Shown in pieces: positions 1-7,025 of a stretch of 7,056 nt of DNA. The stretch is from a virus. Taxonomy: Duplodnaviria; Heunggongvirae; Uroviricota; Caudoviricetes. Every line of letters starts with the position of its first letter. Position 1 is the first letter of the stretch. The stretch lies in the IMG/VR virus record IMGVR_UViG_2693429562_000006; one strand, given 5' to 3'. Both the position numbers and the translations under genes were made by a program. The notes under the pieces were generated by a model, which was not told the DNA's origin, did no database searches, and was given only the letters and a program-made list of their open reading frames with translations.

Positions 1-1176
1 GCGCTGTACTGGATAGCCGCCAGTATCAATATCAGGCCGGGCCATGATTATTATTTTTACGTTCGCAGTGTGAACACCGTTGGCAAATCGGCATTTGTGG
101 AGGCCATCGGTCGGGCGAGCGATGATGCAGAAGGTTATCTGAATTTTTATAAAGGGTTGATCAATAAAACGCATCTCGGCAAGGAGTTGTGGACGCAGAT
201 TGATAACGGTCAGCTTGCGCCGGACCTGACTGAAATCAGGACGTCCATTACGAATGTCAGCAATGAAATCACGCAAACCGTCAATAAAAAACTGGAAAAT
301 CAGAGTGCTGCAATCCAGCAGATACAGAAAGTTCAGGTTGATACAAATAATAACCTGAACAGCATGTGGGCTGTGAAGCTGCAACAGATGAAGGACGGAC
401 GCCTTTATATTGCGGGTATCGGTGCCGGTATTGAGAATACGCCAGCAGGAATGCAGAGTCAGGTGCTGCTGGCGGCAGACAGGATTGCGATGATTAATCC
501 TGCGAATGGCAACACAAAGCCGATGTTTGTTGGTCAGGGCGATCAGATATTCATGAACGACGTGTTCCTGAAATGCCTGACGGCTCCGACCATTACCAGC
601 GGCGGTAATCCTCCGGCATTTTCCCTGACACCTGGCGGACGGCTGACGGCGAAAAATGCCGATATCAGCGGTAACGTGAACGCGAACTCCGGGACGCTCA
701 ACAACGTCACGATTAATAAGAACTGTCGGGTTCTGGGAAAATTGTCCGCGAACCAGATTGAAGGCGATCTCGTTAAAACAGTGGGCAAACCTTTCCCACG
801 GGACTCCCGGGCACCGGAGAGGTGGCCATCAGGGACCATTACCGTCAGGGTTTATGACGATCAGCCGTTTGATCGGCAAATTGTTATTCCCGCGGTGGCG
901 TTTCGCGGTGCTAAACATGAGCGGAAGAATAACAATATTTATTCGTCATGCCGCCTGATAGTGAAGAAAAACGGTGCTGAAATTTATAACCGAACGACCC
1001 TGGATAATACGCTGATATATACGGGTGTTATTGATATGCCTGCCGGTCACGGTCACATGACGCTGGAGTTTTCTGTATCGGCATGGCTGGTAAATGGCTG
1101 GTATCCCACAGCAAGTATCAGCGATTTGCTGGTTGTGGTGATGAAGAAAGCCACTGCAGGCATCACGATTAGCTGA
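1..1176 (+). CDS. J: Tail tip host-specificity protein J, C-terminal portion (5'-partial; the frame is open from base 1, so the listed ATG at 70 is internal)
   Basis: Frame 1 has no stop from base 1 to the TGA at 1174-1176. The translation ([35 protein letters not shown]..., ...[54 protein letters not shown]...) matches my recollection of the lambda J C-terminal region. Synteny J-lom-stf-tfa supports it. Confidence 0.8.
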   Translation, partial: ALYWIAASINIRPGHDYYFYVRSVNTVGKSAFVEAIGRASDDAEGYLNFYKGLINKTHLGKELWTQIDNGQLAPDLTEIRTSITNVSNEITQTVNKKLENQSAAIQQIQKVQVDTNNNLNSMWAVKLQQMKDGRLYIAGIGAGIENTPAGMQSQVLLAADRIAMINPANGNTKPMFVGQGDQIFMNDVFLKCLTAPTITSGGNPPAFSLTPGGRLTAKNADISGNVNANSGTLNNVTINKNCRVLGKLSANQIEGDLVKTVGKPFPRDSRAPERWPSGTITVRVYDDQPFDRQIVIPAVAFRGAKHERKNNNIYSSCRLIVKKNGAEIYNRTTLDNTLIYTGVIDMPAGHGHMTLEFSVSAWLVNGWYPTASISDLLVVVMKKATAGITIS

Positions 1177-1194
1177 ATTTTATAACCCAGATAC

Positions 1195-1219
1195 GGGCAC
1201 CAGAAATGGTGCCTTTTTT
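1195..1219 (+). terminator. Putative rho-independent terminator downstream of J
   Basis: Inverted repeat ggcacc (1196-1201) / ggtgcc (1208-1213) with a 6-nt loop, followed directly by tttttt (1214-1219). Confidence 0.5.
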
Positions 1220-1243
1220 ATTGCAGAAAAGCGAGAGGTAATT

Positions 1244-1843
1244 ATGCGTAAAGTTTGTGCAGCCATTTTGTCCGCAGCCATTTGCCTGGCCGTATCCGGT
1301 GCGCCTGCATGGGCGTCTGAACATCAGTCCACGCTGAGCGCCGGGTATCTTCAGACCCATACTGATATGCCAGGCAGCGATGACCTGAAGGGCATTAACG
1401 TGAAATACCGTTATGAGTTTACGGACACGCTGGGGCTGATTACGTCATTCAGTTATGCCAACGCTGAAGATGAGCAAAAAACGCATTACAGCGATACCCG
1501 CTGGCATGAGGATTCCGTGCGTAACCGCTGGTTCAGCGTGATGGCGGGGCCGTCTGTGCGCGTGAATGAATGGTTCAGCGCGTATGCGATGGCGGGCGTG
1601 GCTTACAGCCGTGTGTCGACCTTCTCCGGGGATTATCTCCGCGTAACTGACAACAAGGGGAAAACGCACGATGTGCTGACCGGAAGTGATGGCGGTCGCC
1701 ACAGCAACACGTCTCTGGCGTGGGGGGCTGGCGTGCAGTTTAACCCGACCGAATCCGTGGCCATTGACCTTGCTTATGAAGGTTCCGGCAGTGGTGACTG
1801 GCGCACTGACGGTTTCATCGTGGGTGTCGGTTATAAGTTCTGA
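1244..1843 (+). CDS. lom: Lom outer-membrane protein (Ail/Lom family beta-barrel; lysogenic-conversion moron)
   Basis: 199-aa ORF. SD-like gagagg sits 7 nt upstream of the ATG. N-terminus MRKVCAAILSAAICLAVSGAPAWA looks like a signal peptide with an AWA cleavage site. C-terminus ...GFIVGVGYKF ends in an aromatic residue, typical of outer-membrane beta-barrels. Overall it resembles lambda Lom and sits in the lambda position between J and stf. Confidence 0.9.
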   Translation: MRKVCAAILSAAICLAVSGAPAWASEHQSTLSAGYLQTHTDMPGSDDLKGINVKYRYEFTDTLGLITSFSYANAEDEQKTHYSDTRWHEDSVRNRWFSVMAGPSVRVNEWFSAYAMAGVAYSRVSTFSGDYLRVTDNKGKTHDVLTGSDGGRHSNTSLAWGAGVQFNPTESVAIDLAYEGSGSGDWRTDGFIVGVGYKF

Positions 1844-1938
1844 TTAGCCAGGTAACACAGTGTTATGACTGCCCGCTGGTTCAGGCGGGCTTTTTGTGGG
1901 GTGAATATGGCAGTAAAGATTTCAGGTGTACTGAAAGA
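1687..1938 (+). repeat. Copy A of a duplicated segment (lom 3' end + intergenic terminator + first 32 nt of stf)
   Basis: Direct repeat of 2474-2643 with near-identity by eye. Copy B lacks the 83 bp at 1721-1803 and differs by a few substitutions and one extra T. Confidence 0.85.
1871..1895 (+). terminator. Putative rho-independent terminator downstream of lom
   Basis: gcccgc (1871-1876) / gcgggc (1885-1890) stem followed by ttttt (1891-1895). Confidence 0.5.
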
Positions 1939-2233
1939 TGGGGCGGGTAAACCTGTCGTAAATTGTGCGATTGAACTGCGGGCCAGAAGAACCAGTCCGA
2001 CCGTTGTGGCACACGTTGTTGCCACTTGCGTGACGGACAATAACGGTGCTTATGTGATTGAGGCTGAGCCGGGGTATTACGAGGTTGCGCTTCACTGTAA
2101 CGGCTGGCAGCCAACCCGTGTCGGGGATATTGATGTGGCACCGACTGATGCACCGGGGACACTGAACGCGTTTCTGAATGCACCAAAGGATGGTGATTTA
2201 CGTCCGGAGGTGATGAAGTGTCAGCGCCAGTGA
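1907..2233 (+). pseudogene. Truncated side tail fibre gene: a diverged N-terminal domain (~102 aa of Stf-like sequence) followed by 6 foreign codons and a stop
   Basis: Begins [12 protein letters not shown], identical to the N-terminus of the intact stf at 2612, then runs colinear but diverged (...PGTLNAFLNAPKDGDLRPEV versus ...[20 protein letters not shown]). Similarity stops after codon ~102 (nt ~2212). The tail MKCQRQ-stop reads into the adjacent IS-like sequence. The listed ATG at 1865 lies inside the lom terminator hairpin, so 1907 is the more likely start. Confidence 0.55.
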
Positions 2234-2462
2234 TATAAGACGGTAATTCGCCATTTGGATTGTCCGCTCCACCCAACATGTTGTTTCCTTAAGGTTCTCA
2301 CACCAGAAAGGACATCAACATGCTGAGCAGAGAGGACTTTTACATGATAAAGCAAATGCGCCAGCAGGGCGCGTACATCGTCGATATTGCGACTCAGATT
2401 GGTTGCTCTGAACGGACGGTCAGACGCTACCTCAAATACCCTGAACCGCCAGCCAGAAAGAC
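2219..2462 (+). mobile_element. Left end of an IS21-family insertion sequence (IS100-like), truncated by the N gap; left boundary approximate (2211-2221)
   Basis: Stf homology ends at ~2212. The sequence from tgtcagcgcc onward carries, about 100 nt in, an ORF whose N-terminus (MLSREDFYMIKQMRQQGAYIVDIATQIGCSERTVRRYLKYPEPPARK) I recognise as the helix-turn-helix start of an IS21-family IstA transposase. Recognition is from memory, not a search. Confidence 0.5.
2320..2462 (+). CDS. istA: IstA transposase, N-terminal 47 codons only (3'-truncated at the assembly gap)
   Basis: ATG at 2320 preceded by aaagga. The HTH-like motif CSERTVRRYL is present. The ORF runs directly into the N run. Confidence 0.5.
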
Positions 2463-2473
2463 NNNNNNNNNNN
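2463..2473. other. Assembly or scaffold gap (11 N)
   Basis: A run of n characters in the sequence. The rest of the IS21-family element is not represented. Confidence 0.95.
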
Positions 2474-2547
2474 TGATGGCGGTCGCCACAGCAACACGTC
2501 TCTGGCGCACTGACGGTTTCATCGTGGGTGTCGGTTATAAATTCTGA
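2474..2547 (+). pseudogene. lom: Second-copy lom 3' remnant (5'-truncated, with an 83-bp internal deletion relative to 1687-1843)
   Basis: 2474-2507 matches 1687-1720 and 2508-2547 matches 1804-1843, ending in the same ...WRTDGFIVGVGYKF-stop. The missing block is bounded by ctggcg in copy A (1715-1720 and 1798-1803). The listed 75-aa ORF 2320-2547 is a chimera reading across the gap. Confidence 0.7.
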
Positions 2548-2574
2548 TTAGCCAGGTAACACAGTGTTATGACA

Positions 2575-2600
2575 GCCCGCCGGTTCAGGCGGGCTTTTTT
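2575..2600 (+). terminator. Putative rho-independent terminator (second copy of the lom terminator)
   Basis: gcccgcc / ggcgggc stem followed by tttttt (2595-2600). The t to c change relative to copy A adds one base pair to the stem. Confidence 0.5.
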
Positions 2601-2611
2601 GTGGGGTGAAT

Positions 2612-5600
2612 ATGGCAGTAAAGATTTCAGGTGTACTGAAAGACGGCACAGGAAAACCGGTACAGAACTGCACAATCCAGCTGAAAGCAAAACGTAACAG
2701 CACCACGGTGGTGGTGAACACGCTGGCCTCAGAAAATCCGGATGAAGCCGGGCGTTACAGCATGGACGTTGAGTACGGTCAGTACAGCGTTATTCTGTTG
2801 GTGGAAGGATTCCCGCCGTCACATGCCGGGACCATCACCGTGTATGAAGATTCCCGACCCGGTACGCTGAATGATTTTCTCGGTGCCATGACGGAGGATG
2901 ATGCCCGTCCGGAGGCACTGCGCCGTTTTGAGCTGATGGTGGAAGAGGTGGCGCGTAACGCGTCCGCGGTGGCACAGAACACGGCAGCCGCGAAGAAATC
3001 AGCCAGCGATGCCAGCACATCAGCCCGTGAGGCGGCAACCCATGCGACTGATGCTGCAGATTCAGCACGTGCAGCCAGCACGTCAGCCGGACAGGCCGCT
3101 TCGTCGGCTCAGTCAGCGTCTTCCAGCGCAGGAACGGCATCAACAAAGGCCACTGAAGCCTCAAAAAGTGCTGCCGCTGCAGAGTCCTCAAAAAGCGCGG
3201 CGGCTACCAGTGCCGGTGCGGCGAAAACGTTAGAAACGAATGCGGCAGCGTCACAACAATCAGCAGCCACTTCTGCATCCACCGCGACCACGAAAGCGTC
3301 AGAAGCTGCCACCTCAGCCCGGGATGCGTCGGCTTCAAAAGAGGCGGCAAAATCATCAGAAACGAACGCATCATCAAGCGCCAGTAGCGCAGCTTCCTCG
3401 GCGACGGCGGCTGCAAATTCTGCGAAGGCGGCCAAAACGTCCGAGACGAACGCCAGGTCTTCTGAAACGGCAGCGGGACAGAGTGCCTCAGCTGCGGCAG
3501 GCTCAAAAACAGCGGCTGCGTCGTCTGCCAGCGCCGCGTCAACAAGTGCCGGGCAGGCCTCAGCCAGTGCCACCGCCGCCGGAAAATCGGCAGAAAGCGC
3601 CGCATCATCCGCTTCAACAGCCACAACGAAGGCTGGCGAAGCCACTGAGCAGGCCACGGCAGCAGCGAGGTCAGCTTCCGCAGCGAAGACATCCGAAACG
3701 AACGCGAAAGCGTCGGAAACCCGTGCAGAATCCTCAAAAACGGCTGCCGCATCGTCCGCCAGTTCGGCGGCGTCATCGGCATCATCGGCGTCTGCTTCAA
3801 AAGATGAGGCGACCAGACAGGCGTCAGCAGCGAAGGGCAGCGCCACGACGGCATCCACGAAGGCGACAGAGGCTGCTGGTAGTGCGACGGCAGCAGCTCA
3901 GAGCAAAAGTACGGCGGAATCTGCAGCAACGCGCGCTGAGACAGCGGCAAAACGGGCAGAGGATATTGCATCCGCCGTGGCGCTTGAGGATGCGAGCACG
4001 ACGAAAAAGGGGATAGTACAGCTCAGTAGTGCGACTAACAGCACTTCCGAGTCACTGGCGGCAACACCAAAAGCCGTTAAGGCCGCGTATGACCTGGCTA
4101 ACGGGAAATACACCGCACAGGATGCAACGACAGCACAGAAAGGGATAATCCAGCTAAGCAGCGCGACCAACAGCACGTCTGAAACGCTGGCGGCAACGCC
4201 AAAGGCAGTAAAAGCAGCCAATGACAATGCTGAGAAACGTCTGCAGAAAGATCAGAACGGTGCGGATATCCCTGGCAAAGACACCTTTACGAAAAATATT
4301 GGTGCCTGCCGTGCCTTCGGTGGGTCAGTAAGCACAACAACAGGAAACTGGACGACTGCACAGTTTATCGAGTGGCTGGATTCTCAGGGAGCATTTAACC
4401 ATCCATACTGGATGTGCAAGGGTTCCTGGTCTTATGGCAATAATAAAATCATTACTGATACTGGCTGCGGTAATATTCATCTCGCCGGAGCTGTCATTGA
4501 AGTAATGGGGATAAAGTCAGCGATGACGATCCGCATTACCACTCCGACCACATCCAGCGGTGGCGGAACAACCAACGCCCAGTTTACCTATATTAATCAC
4601 GGAACAGATTATTCACCTGGCTGGCGAAGGGACTATAACTCCAGAAATAAGCCAACGGCATCAGAGATCGGGGCGCTACCGTCAGGTGGAACAGCAGTAT
4701 CATCAGTTAATCTGGCTTCAAAAGGTCGGGTAGCCGCGCTGACAGACAATACGCAGGGGGCAGCAGGTCTTGAGTTATACGAGGTGTATAACAACGGATA
4801 TCCAACAGCGTATGGAAATATCATTCACCTGAAAGGGATGACAGCCGTTGGCGAAGGTGAGTTACTCATCGGCTGGAGTGGTACAAGCGGTGCTCATGCT
4901 CCGGCATTTATTCGTTCACGACGGGATACGACCGACGCAAACTGGTCGCCGTGGGCGCAGCTTTACACCTCGGCTCATCCTCCTGCAGAGTTTTATCCAG
5001 TCGGTGCACCAATCCCGTGGCCATCAGATACCGTTCCGTCTGGTTATGCCCTGATGCAGGGGCAGACTTTTGACAAATCTGCTTACCCGAAACTTGCAGC
5101 CGCTTATCCGTCAGGCGTGATCCCTGATATGCGTGGCTGGACGATTAAGGGCAAGCCCGCCAGTGGTCGTGCCGTATTGTCTCAGGAACAGGATGGCATT
5201 AAATCGCACACCCACAGCGCCAGCGCATCCAGTACGGATTTGGGGACGAAAACCACATCGTCGTTTGATTACGGCACTAAATCCACGAATAACACCGGGG
5301 CGCATACGCACAGTCTGAGCGGCTCTACAAGTTCAGCTGGGGCCCACCAACATAGTCAGACTGGGCCCAGAACGAATAGCGGGAGTCAACCTACTGGAAT
5401 GTTTCCGGCAGGGAGTACTCAAGTTAGCGGGACTAATCAGGTTGGTATCAGTGGCTCATTAACCAGTGGCACCTCCCAATGGGTAGGTAAATCATCTTCA
5501 GAAGGAAACCATACACACTCACTGTCCGGCACAGCAGCATCTGCGGGTGCACACGCGCATACTGTCGGTATTGGTGCTCATACGCACTCTGTTGCGATTG

Positions 5601-5695
5601 GTTCACATGGACACACCATCACCGTTAACGCTGCTGGTAACGCGGAAAACACCGTCAAAAACATCGCATTTAACTATATTGTGAGGCTCGCATAA
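2612..5695 (+). CDS. stf: Side tail fibre protein, ~1027 aa, mosaic. ATG at 2612 is preferred; an upstream in-frame GTG at 2606 is the ORF-track start.
   Basis: N-terminus [20 protein letters not shown]... and C-terminus ...[31 protein letters not shown] match my recollection of lambda Stf. It contains a long Ala/Ser/Thr-rich low-complexity region (~2950-3990), two fibre repeats, the conserved GAPIPWPSD...SAYPKLA block, and HxH motif clusters in the tip. ggggtg lies upstream of the ATG. Confidence 0.9.
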   Translation: MAVKISGVLKDGTGKPVQNCTIQLKAKRNSTTVVVNTLASENPDEAGRYSMDVEYGQYSVILLVEGFPPSHAGTITVYEDSRPGTLNDFLGAMTEDDARPEALRRFELMVEEVARNASAVAQNTAAAKKSASDASTSAREAATHATDAADSARAASTSAGQAASSAQSASSSAGTASTKATEASKSAAAAESSKSAAATSAGAAKTLETNAAASQQSAATSASTATTKASEAATSARDASASKEAAKSSETNASSSASSAASSATAAANSAKAAKTSETNARSSETAAGQSASAAAGSKTAAASSASAASTSAGQASASATAAGKSAESAASSASTATTKAGEATEQATAAARSASAAKTSETNAKASETRAESSKTAAASSASSAASSASSASASKDEATRQASAAKGSATTASTKATEAAGSATAAAQSKSTAESAATRAETAAKRAEDIASAVALEDASTTKKGIVQLSSATNSTSESLAATPKAVKAAYDLANGKYTAQDATTAQKGIIQLSSATNSTSETLAATPKAVKAANDNAEKRLQKDQNGADIPGKDTFTKNIGACRAFGGSVSTTTGNWTTAQFIEWLDSQGAFNHPYWMCKGSWSYGNNKIITDTGCGNIHLAGAVIEVMGIKSAMTIRITTPTTSSGGGTTNAQFTYINHGTDYSPGWRRDYNSRNKPTASEIGALPSGGTAVSSVNLASKGRVAALTDNTQGAAGLELYEVYNNGYPTAYGNIIHLKGMTAVGEGELLIGWSGTSGAHAPAFIRSRRDTTDANWSPWAQLYTSAHPPAEFYPVGAPIPWPSDTVPSGYALMQGQTFDKSAYPKLAAAYPSGVIPDMRGWTIKGKPASGRAVLSQEQDGIKSHTHSASASSTDLGTKTTSSFDYGTKSTNNTGAHTHSLSGSTSSAGAHQHSQTGPRTNSGSQPTGMFPAGSTQVSGTNQVGISGSLTSGTSQWVGKSSSEGNHTHSLSGTAASAGAHAHTVGIGAHTHSVAIGSHGHTITVNAAGNAENTVKNIAFNYIVRLA
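4004..4231 (+). repeat. Two intragenic tail-fibre repeats within stf (about 4004-4099 and 4136-4231)
   Basis: [32 protein letters not shown] and [32 protein letters not shown] are near-identical 32-aa units 44 codons apart. Confidence 0.6.
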
Positions 5696-6276
5696 TGGCA
5701 TTCAGAATGAGTGAACAAGCACGGACCATAAAAATTTATAACCTGCTGGCCGGAACTAATGAATTTATTGGTGAAGGTGACGCATATATTCCGCCTCATA
5801 CAGGTCTGCCTGCAAACAGTACCGATATTGCACCGCCAGATATTCCGGCTGGTTTCGTGGCTGTTTTCAACAGTGATGAGTCATCGTGGCATCTCGTTGA
5901 AGATCATCGGGGTAAAACGGTTTATGACGTGGCTTCCGGCGACGCGTTATTTATTTCTGAACTCGGCTCATTACCGGAAAATGTCACCTGGTTATCCCCG
6001 GAAGGGGAGTTTCAGAAGTGGAACGGCACAGCCTGGGTGAAGGATACGGAAGCAGAAAAACTGTTCCGGATCCGGGAGGCGGAAGAAACAAAAAACAGCC
6101 TGATGCAGGTAGCCAGTGAGCATATAGCGCCGCTTCAGGATGCTGTGGATCTGGAGATCGCAACGGAGAAAGAAACCTTGTTGCTGGAAGCTTGGAAAAA
6201 GTATCGGGTGTTGCTGAACCGTGTTGATACATCAACTGCACCGGATATTGAATGGCCAGTAGCACCTATAGGGTAA
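5695..6276 (+). CDS. tfa: Tail fibre assembly protein (chaperone for Stf)
   Basis: 193-aa [37 protein letters not shown]... resembling lambda Tfa. Its ATG overlaps the stf stop in TAATG (5693-5697), suggesting translational coupling. Confidence 0.9.
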   Translation: MAFRMSEQARTIKIYNLLAGTNEFIGEGDAYIPPHTGLPANSTDIAPPDIPAGFVAVFNSDESSWHLVEDHRGKTVYDVASGDALFISELGSLPENVTWLSPEGEFQKWNGTAWVKDTEAEKLFRIREAEETKNSLMQVASEHIAPLQDAVDLEIATEKETLLLEAWKKYRVLLNRVDTSTAPDIEWPVAPIG

Positions 6277-6362
6277 ATTCGTAATGATTACCTAAATACG
6301 TTATTCTTTTGTTAAAAAAGTGATTTTGCTATAGGTAGGGAGTATGTTCTTGGATTAAGAAT

Positions 6363-6392
6363 AAAAAATCGCCATGAAAGAGCTTCATGGCG
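6363..6392 (-). terminator. Possible minus-strand rho-independent terminator
   Basis: Perfect 9-bp inverted repeat cgccatgaa (6370-6378) / ttcatggcg (6384-6392) with a 5-nt loop. The A6 run at 6363-6368 becomes a T run following the hairpin on the minus strand. Confidence 0.35.
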
Positions 6393-6541
6393 AGTACATA
6401 AACGTACAAAATGTGATGAAAGTAGAGTGGCGTAAGCCACTATATTAAGATATGACAATAGCGAAGAAAAGTAAATAACATTTTATGGACGTTTAATTGT
6501 TAATTATAAAAACTAGAGTGCCCGATATTGTTTATCTTGCT

Positions 6542-6643
6542 TTAAAATAATGTACTCAAACCAAATTTTTGAGCTAAAAGCTCAAATAATATAAATGCAA
6601 TAATAATGTTTAATAAGACAATTAGCTTGCTTTGTATTTTCAT
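6542..6643 (-). CDS. Speculative small hydrophobic ORF (33 aa, MKIQSKLIVLLNIIIAFILFELLAQKFGLSTLF)
   Basis: Hand translation of the minus strand: ATG at 6643 to TAA at 6542-6544. It has a ~18-residue hydrophobic core. There is no clear SD, and AT-rich DNA biases towards I/L/F/K codons, so this may be chance. Confidence 0.15.
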   Translation of the reverse strand: MKIQSKLIVLLNIIIAFILFELLAQKFGLSTLF

Positions 6644-6677
6644 TTCGGAATACTGTTAAGTAACTTTGATGACCCTA

Positions 6678-6706
6678 ACAATAGATCGGAATTTTCTTAG
6701 AGTCAA
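6678..6706 (-). promoter_or_regulatory. Candidate sigma70-like promoter on the minus strand, upstream of the small ORF
   Basis: On the minus strand: TTGACT (complement of + 6701-6706), a 17-bp spacer, then TATTGT (complement of + 6678-6683). This is about 35 nt upstream of the ATG at 6643. Confidence 0.2.
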
Positions 6707-7025
6707 TGGTCACTGTTTTTGCTTGCAAAGCAAATGTTTTGGTGGTTATAAGTCGTCTTAATATAGTCACGCATGCAACTTGTTCCATGCGGAGATTAAA
6801 GATTGGAATATAACGCGAAGATGGAATTAAATTACATTTGCAATAATTAATTTATTATTACTCAATAATTACCGATATTATTATTGTAAATTAATCATTA
6901 GAATGCAAAAAGAAATGTAACGGCAAAATAAGAGGACGATAGCTGAGAAAAAAGCGTGCTTTCCCAATCTGGGGCAAATCACGTCTGAATGACACCTGAA
7001 AACAGGTGGTAGCCTCAAGAAGGCT

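Larger units (their letters stand above)
2474..2643 (+). repeat. Copy B of the duplicated lom-3'/terminator/stf-5' segment
   Basis: See copy A. Differences include aagttc to aaattc, ctgcccgctgg to cagcccgccgg, and T5 to T6. Sequence identity stops abruptly after stf codon ~11. Confidence 0.85.
6277..7025. other. AT-rich, ORF-poor block between tfa and IS1 (no ORF of 60 aa or more on either strand)
   Basis: Base composition drops sharply to visibly AT-rich sequence straight after the tfa stop. It contains several short hairpins and a caataatta direct repeat (6841-6849 and 6863-6871). Confidence 0.6.

Noticed and set aside
543-958. ORFs 543-839 (minus) and 758-958 (plus) inside J
   Set aside because: Embedded in the well-supported J reading frame; typical shadow ORFs.
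1169-1702. Minus-strand ORFs 1169-1360 and 1445-1702 overlapping lom
   Set aside because: Antisense to the well-supported lom CDS, with no independent signals.
1865-1906. ORF-track start at 1865 for the stf fragment (MTARWFRRAFCGVN...)
   Set aside because: These 14 codons read through the lom terminator hairpin. The ATG at 1907 reproduces the conserved MAVKISG start.
1831-2279. Minus-strand ORFs 1831-2040 and 1881-2279 overlapping the stf fragment
   Set aside because: Antisense to sequence with clear Stf N-terminal homology; Pro/His/Ser-rich translations.
2320-2547. 75-aa ORF 2320-2547 as a single protein
   Set aside because: It reads across the N run and fuses an IstA N-terminus to an out-of-frame then in-frame lom remnant; an artefact of the gap.
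2606-2611. GTG at 2606 as the stf start (MNMAVK...)
   Set aside because: The ATG at 2612 gives the conserved MAVKISG N-terminus and is also used in copy A. The GTG is kept only as an alternative.
3109-3971. Long minus-strand ORFs (3109-3858, 249 aa; 3204-3971, 255 aa) and the +2-frame ORF 3240-4016 (258 aa, Arg/Pro/Gln-rich)
   Set aside because: They lie wholly inside the Ala/Ser/Thr-rich tract of stf. The GCN/TCN/ACN-rich repeats deplete stop codons in all frames, and the translations are low-complexity with no start context.
2950-3990. Possible CRISPR array or DNA tandem repeat in the GC-rich repetitive region
   Set aside because: The repeats are degenerate, in-frame and protein-coding (Ala/Ser-rich fibre shaft), with no regular repeat-spacer periodicity.
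4633-5318. Short ORFs 4633-4824 (minus), 4848-5054 (plus), 5111-5311 (minus) and 5133-5318 (plus) inside stf
   Set aside because: Out-of-frame or antisense shadows within a well-supported CDS.
5759-6265. ORFs 5759-6040 (plus) and 5984-6265 (minus) inside tfa
   Set aside because: Overlap the Tfa frame, which has clear homology.
6374-6448. 24-codon plus-strand ORF MKELHGEYINVQNVMKVEWRKPLY
   Set aside because: No SD, and its start lies within the stem of the 6370-6392 hairpin; likely chance.
6706-6813. 35-codon plus-strand ORF MVTVFACKANVLVVISRLNIVTHATCSMRRLKIGI
   Set aside because: No convincing ribosome-binding site or promoter. It overlaps equally long antisense ORFs, consistent with chance ORFs in AT-rich DNA.
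6838-6906. Plus-strand promoter-like hexamers (TTGCAA at 6838-6843; TAGAAT near 6899-6904)
   Set aside because: The spacings to partner hexamers are wrong (too short, or the -35 is poor), and no downstream ORF with a start codon follows.
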